DNA from: the human T2T-CHM13v2.0 reference genome, Homo sapiens
Length of the DNA stretch: 64,000 nucleotides
NCBI RefSeq assembly: GCF_009914755.1
Contig: NC_060947.1
Direction: 5' to 3' (one strand)
The notes beneath the pieces were generated by a model, which worked only from the letters and a program-made list of their open reading frames with translations, did not search any database and had not been told where the DNA came from. How positions within the stretch are numbered: the first letter of the stretch is position 1; every line of letters begins with the position of its first letter. Below, one piece after another: positions 57,171 through 64,000 of the stretch. The translations under genes and the position numbers were made by a program.

Positions 57171-59929
57171 CCCATAAAAGATGGAATGCTAGTATTTAGA
57201 AAATAAACAGCTCTTCAAGACAAGGAGCAAGGTGCTCCCATTGCTGACTATGGCCTCCCTCTTTGTCTCCTGGCCCCTATGCTGCTCTTCCCCACCAGCC
57301 TGTGCCTCTTGTGCCTCACTCAGAGTAGGATTCTGCAGGCATGGGTCTGCTTACTCTCACCCAACCTGATGCACTTTCCAGCTAGAAAATATGAGGGTCC
57401 CTGGAGGCCCAGCTGGCTCTTTTTTCTCTTTGTTTGGAAATTAGTTTAGAGATACCAGCTAGCAGATTAAAAAGCCCATATCGGATCTGCTAAAATCTCT
57501 TCCCTTCCATATTTCATTTCTGCTCTTTCAGGAAATTTCTGCTTCTCTCTTAGAATGATGGATTTTCTTCCTCTTCGACTCTGGGAGAAGATGGCTGCCT
57601 TCATAAGGAGGGGTCTGGTGAGATTCTACATAGGGGGATGGTGAGGGCCTGCAACAGGACTCACCTTGCCTTCCATGTCTGGAGCCCCAGTAGGCCTCAT
57701 TTCTGAGGAGCTGCAGCCCTTCCAACCCCCACCACTGTTTTCAGTTTGCTCTCCTTCCCAGAAAGGTGTCCCTGGCAACAGCTCCTCCCTACCTACTTAT
57801 CCCTGCCTACTCTTACCCAGCCCTCCAGGGGTGGCACAGGATCTCTGTGCCTTTACCCTGGAGATCTGAGGGTGATCTGGATATTGCACCATTCATGGTA
57901 CTTGAAACCAGGAATGGATGGGCACAATGCATGGTGCTACCTAAGCATTTGATCAAACTCACTTCATAGTGCCCAAAGCACAGGCTGGAGTGTTCCACCA
58001 GCTAGGCACATGTCCTTCCTCACAAGTGCTTTCTGAATGTGCGTGTAGAACGAAACCTCTTTGGCCGTAGTTGCTTCTTCCATCAGCTGCTCTCTCTACC
58101 GAATGGCTCCAAAAAGTGGGGGGGCTCAGAGCAGTAGGGACCTAGTTCCATGATGCCTTGCAATTTGTGGCTCTATTTGAGAATCATACTCAGAGGGATA
58201 AGGGTACAGTGATTGACTAAGGTCCCAGAGCAAGTAAGGTGCCAGGCTTTAATTCAAACCCAGGTCCGTCTGATACCAAAACGCAGATTTGTTCCACTAT
58301 ACCACAGCTAGATACTTGTGACTGCAGGATGGCTGCCAGGGTCTGTTTGCAGACTGGGCTGGCCTTCTGAAGACTCAGCATTAAGGAATACCCTAATGCT
58401 GAACAATAATAAGGCACTTTAGATGAGGTCCTATCATGGACCAAATGCAGGAATCACCCAAGAGACCAGCGAACATGGCACCAAACAACTCCGGTGGCAG
58501 TGAAGATGGGGAGACCCAGAGAATGAGGAGAGATCCAGAGGCTATAAGCTGGTCAGGTAAGGCACTAATGGAAACCAGTTACCTCTTCTGATTAGTCCAA
58601 AGGGGCTCTTAAAAGGATGTTTGGAGGGAACAAAAGCAGAGGCTGGGACATCATGGGCAGGTGAGGTGAGAGCCAATGGAGAGCCAGTAGGAAATAGACT
58701 GGAAGTTCTGTTGTGTGGGCACATAATCCAGGAGTCAGAGGCTCAGCTACATCCAGTCTAGCCCCTTCCTACTGAGCAGCTTTGACTTCCTGATGTGTAG
58801 AGTGGGGCTGGAAACCCTGCCTGACAGGCTTGTGGGAAGGATTTCAATTATGTAGAAATATGCTGCATATGGGAATGCATGCTGCCAGTTTGAGAGGTAA
58901 CAGCCAATAAATCACCCAAGGAATCTACTTTGAGCCCCTGCTACACTCACTAAGTTGGGCTGCAAGAGAAGATATGTCCCATGGCCAGAGGGGCAGAAGA
59001 TTCTAGGCAGAGGTGAGAGCAGCTCACTCACTTTCTGGATTGATGAGAAGTTTTTGGCTTGGGCAGGGGCTTTGAGTTCTTTGGAATTCCCTTCTCCCTT
59101 TCCCTTGGTATGACAGTGTGTGATGGTTTGAGCTGGTGCTGAGCTGGAGTCATTCTTGGGTGGGGCTCTGAGTTGAGTAACCCAGAGGTCCAGCCTTCCC
59201 CATAGTTGGCTTTGCAGCACTTTTCCCCATTCCTGTCCCCAGGAATTGCACCTTCCCCAAGGATTGGGCTTTCTTTTTTGTTAATCTGAAATTATCAGAT
59301 ATAGTCATGGCTTTAATGTTATGTATTTAAGGACTAAATTCTTCAACTTAAACAAAATTGCACTTCCCAGAAGTTATAGGCAAGAAGAGAGGCATGTAGC
59401 TGCCCACAAACCATCTTGACCTTCTATCTGATCAACGTGCATTGTCCTTGCTTTCCATTAGCCAGATGCACTCAGTCCAGGCTCCTGTGCCTGGCAAGCA
59501 GGACCCTCCATGATTTGGTCCTGCCTTCTTCCCCAACCACATCTCTCCATGTTTCAAGCCTCCCCAGGGTGGTCACCATTCCCTGAATTTCCTGTGTTCT
59601 TTCCAGACTTTCTGACTTTGGCTCATGCTGTTTCATCTACCTATAATTTCTTTCACTTCCTTCTCTGCTTATGGGATTTCCACTTATGTTTTAAGGCCCA
59701 ATGCAATACCTCTCCTCTGGGAAGCCTTCCCTGATGGCATGACGTATAAACTGATTAGCACAGGGTTTGGTCTAGCATAGATGCTCAAGAAATATTTGTG
59801 CCCATTCCCTTTGCTGACTGTTCCTCATTTCCTAGGAATTATTCATCTCACTTTCCTCTCTATTCCCATTGCAGTTTGCTTATTCTTAGATCAAAGAATC
59901 CTTCATCATTGGGGGTAATTACAGGGCTC

Positions 59930-60120
59930 AGAAGTCAGATAGCTGTGAGTCTTCTACTAGTTGTGTGACCTTAGGGAAGTCATTTCAATTCTGAGACTCA
60001 GTTTTCTCATATTTCAAATGGGAATATCAGTACCTGCTTCACAGAATTGTTATATGGATGAAAAAATGATATACAGAAAGCTTTTGGAAGAGAGAGTACT
60101 TGGCCTATGGCAAGCATTCA
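59930..60120 (+). mobile_element. MIR
   Basis: tgtgtgaccttagggaagtcatt..ctcagttttctcat..aatgggaata. Confidence 0.7.
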
Positions 60121-61516
60121 ATATTATTGCTACTATGACTTTAATAAAATGTAGGGACTTGCAGGACTAGCCATCATTGATAGAATAGCCCCATTCCTTC
60201 CAGGTCCGCTCTGTGACAACTAGTAAGCCTGGATATAACACAACAAACAAACGTAGGAAGACTCCATAAGGTAGAGAGAAGAAGGAAGACTGTCTAGAGA
60301 ACTTGATACTTGAGGAATGACATGGCAGAGAGTTTTCTGAGTTTTCTTATTTCCTTTCATATATCCCATACATGACACTACAGATACTTTCAAAATGGAA
60401 TAGTCAACAGGCACAAATTTTTATAAGGCAAGCAAGAAAACAAACACAATACAAAAAAAAATTTTCTTTCTCTATCCAAAGGATTAGGAAGAAAATGACC
60501 TAGCAAAACAGAAACTTTTTTTATATGATCCACCCTTCTCTAACTAAACAACAAAGGAAAAACTTCCTTCCCCCCATCCTACAATGTCAGCAAGATCAGG
60601 TGGGGAGCTGAATTTTTGTCCCCATCATGATAGCAAGAAGGTGGAACAAGATAGCGAGAGGTTGTGCTAGTTGCCACTCCACTGATCCTGATAAGATAGT
60701 GTCAGCAGAGCCTAGCCACCCCCACCTGTTGGCAGCAAGCCAATGCAAGGTGGTGCAATTTAGCAATCTGCCTTTGCAGGGGTGGTAATAGCAGGGTATT
60801 AGTGGGGAGCAGAACATCTACCACTACCTGAACCTGCATACTATACCTCAACAGGGTGAACTGCCTACATAAACGCAGATTAAATAGGATACAAAATCTC
60901 AACATGATACCCCAAATGTCCAGGATATGTTCAAAAATCACTTGTCATGCTTAGAACCAGGAAAATCACAACTTGAATGAGAAAAGACAATAATTGTCAA
61001 CACCTAGATGACAGAGGTGTTAGAATTATCTGATGAGGATTTTATAGCAGCTATTGTAAAAAATGGTTCAGTGAGCAATTATGAATGCTCTTGAAACAAA
61101 TGAAAAAAATAGAAAGTCCCAATAAAGAATTAAAAGACCAACAAATAACCAAATTAAATTCTTAGAACTGCAAAATACAATAACTGAAATAAAAAACTCA
61201 GTAGATAGGCTCAACAGAAGAATGGAGAGGACAGTGGAAAGAACCAGTGAACTTCAGGATATTTTATATCATCAAAATCTGAGAAGGAGAGGAGAGGAGA
61301 GAGAGAAAATTATTGGGAAAAAAATATGGATGAAAAGCTCCGAAGTTTGGTGTAAGACATAACCCTACAGATTCAAAGAGTTAGGCAAAACCCAAGCAGG
61401 ATGAATTGAATAAAATCCATTCTGAGACACATCATAGTAGAATTTCACGAAAGTAAAAACAAAGAAAAAAGTCTTAAAAACAACTAAAAAGAAATGACTC
61501 ATTATCTATACAAGTA

Positions 61517-61879
61517 TGTATCAGTCAGTTCAGGCTGCTATGAGAGAATATCCTAAACTAGGTGGCTTAAGCAACAGAAATTTATTTCTTACAGTTATTA
61601 AAGCTAGAAGTCTGAGGATGGGATGCCAGCATAGTAGGGTTCTCATGAGTGTCCTCTTCTTGGTTTGTAAATGGCCATCACCTTGCTGTATCTTCACATG
61701 GAAGAGAGAGACAGCAAGTGCTCTGATATCTCTTCTTATAAAGGTTACTAATCTTATTCATGATGGTCCCACCCTCATGACCTAAATACCTCCCAAAGCC
61801 CTTACCTCCAAATACCACCACATTGGGGATTAAGCTTCAAAATATGTATTTAGGTGGCACAAATATTCAGTCCATAGCA
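61517..61879 (-). mobile_element. MLT1A0-like solo LTR
   Basis: tgtatcagtcagttcaggctgctat..cccaccctcatgacctaa..attcagtccatagca; TSD aagta/atgta. Confidence 0.85.
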
Positions 61880-62757
61880 ATGTAAACTAATTTGAATGAC
61901 ATTGTATTTCTCTTCAGAAATCATGGAGGCCAGAAGGTAGTGGGGCAACATTTCTCTAGTGCTGAAATAAAAGAACTGTCAGCCTAGAATCCCATACTCA
62001 GAGAAAAATATCCTTCAGGAATAAATGTGAAATGAACACATTCTCAGATGAAAAAAAAAAAAACAAAAAAGCTAAAAGTATGTCACCAGCACATCTACTC
62101 TTAAAAAATGGCTAAAGGAAGTTCTCTAAATAAAAAGTAAGTGACAAAATTAAAAACCTTAGAGCATCAGGAATAAAGAACAGCAGAAAGAGTAATAACA
62201 CATATAAAAATAGTAGACCATTTTTCTCCTAAGTTTTCTAATTATGTTAGATGATCAAAGCAAAAATTATGACATAGTCTGATGAATTCTAAATGTATGC
62301 AGAGAAAATACTTTTTACAATTATACTATAAAGTAAGGGGTGGGACAAAAGGACATAAATGAAGGTAAGATTTCTACATTTCATTTAAACTAATTAAGTG
62401 TAACACCAGTAGACTGTGATAAAGTTATGTATGCATAATGTAACACCTAGAACAACCACTAAAAAACTATTCAAATGGATATTCTCAAAAACACTATAGA
62501 TATTTCAAAATAGAATTTAAAAATGACAGGCAAAGTGGTTTGAAAAGCATAACCCAACTATTGTTGTCTACAGGAAACTCATTTTCATATAACAATATGA
62601 GCAGGTTGAAAATAAACGGATTAGAAAAATATCCTGCAAGCATTTATCAAAGAAGAGCAGGAGTATCTATGTTAATATCAGATAAAGTAGACTTAAGGGC
62701 AAAGAAAATTACTACAGACAGAGATGAACATTATATAATAATGAAAGAGTCAATCTA

Positions 62758-63252
<495 letters not shown>

Positions 63253-64000
63253 CAGTTAATCTACCAAAAAGACACTGCAATCATAAATGTATACAAACCA
63301 AACAACAACACTGCAATGCATGTGAAGCAAAACGGATAGAGCTAAAAGGAGAAACAGACAAATCCACAATTACAGTTGAAGACTTTAACGCCACTCTCTC
63401 AACCCTTGATATAACAACAAGACAAAAAGCAAGGATGTAGAAGAACTAACTCAACAACACTATCAACCAACAGGATTTAATTGACATTTGTAGAACACTT
63501 CACCCAACAAGCAGAAAAGGCATTTTCTTCAAGTGCCTGCGGGACATTCACCAAGATAGACCATATCCTGGAACATAGAACAAACCTCAACATATTTAAA
63601 AGAATTAAAATCATACAGAATGTATCATGTGACACAATGGAATAAAAGTAAAAAAAACACAACATATTGAAATTTTTTAGACACAGCTAAAGCAGTGCTA
63701 GAATGAAATTTATAACACTAATACATACATTACAGAAAATAAAAAGTCTCAAATCGTTAATTTAGGCTCTTCCTTTAAGAACCTAAAAAAGAAGAACAAG
63801 TATTCCAACACAAGCAGAAGGAAGAAATAATAACAGAAGTCAATGAAACTGAAAACAGAAAACAAGACAAAAATCTTTGAAACAAAAAGCTGGTTTTCTG
63901 AAAAGATCAATAAAATTGACAAACATCTAATGATACTGACAATAAAAAGAGAAGACATTTACCAATATCGGGGTGAAACAGGGGCTATCACTACAGACCC

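Overview
Repeat-rich human DNA with no intact multi-exon protein gene visible. It is human because it carries an AluYb8 arm, and the MIR2114 hairpin places it, from recall, in Xq28 near MAMLD1. The two gene-like elements are the miR-2114 precursor (+, 5578-5657) and a full-length processed copy of XRCC6/Ku70 (-, about 8375-10480; probably XRCC6P2). The retrocopy has an 18-bp target-site duplication (TSD), a lost ATG and two nonsense codons, but no frameshift and an open 475-codon downstream frame. The rest is L1, L2, MIR, Alu, MaLR/ERVL/ERV1 LTRs, hAT and mariner DNA transposons and microsatellites. The most unusual structures are: (1) a ~150-bp inverted duplicate of nearby sequence inserted into an MLT1 LTR just downstream of MIR2114; (2) a young L1 3' end inserted at its own homologous position in an older 5'-inverted L1; (3) an AluYb8 right arm inserted at the homologous linker of an AluS; (4) one target site used twice by Alu-family elements; (5) motif clusters that may be enhancers. 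I see no clear evidence of a wholly new biological system. Repeat subfamily names come from remembered consensus features, not from a RepeatMasker run.
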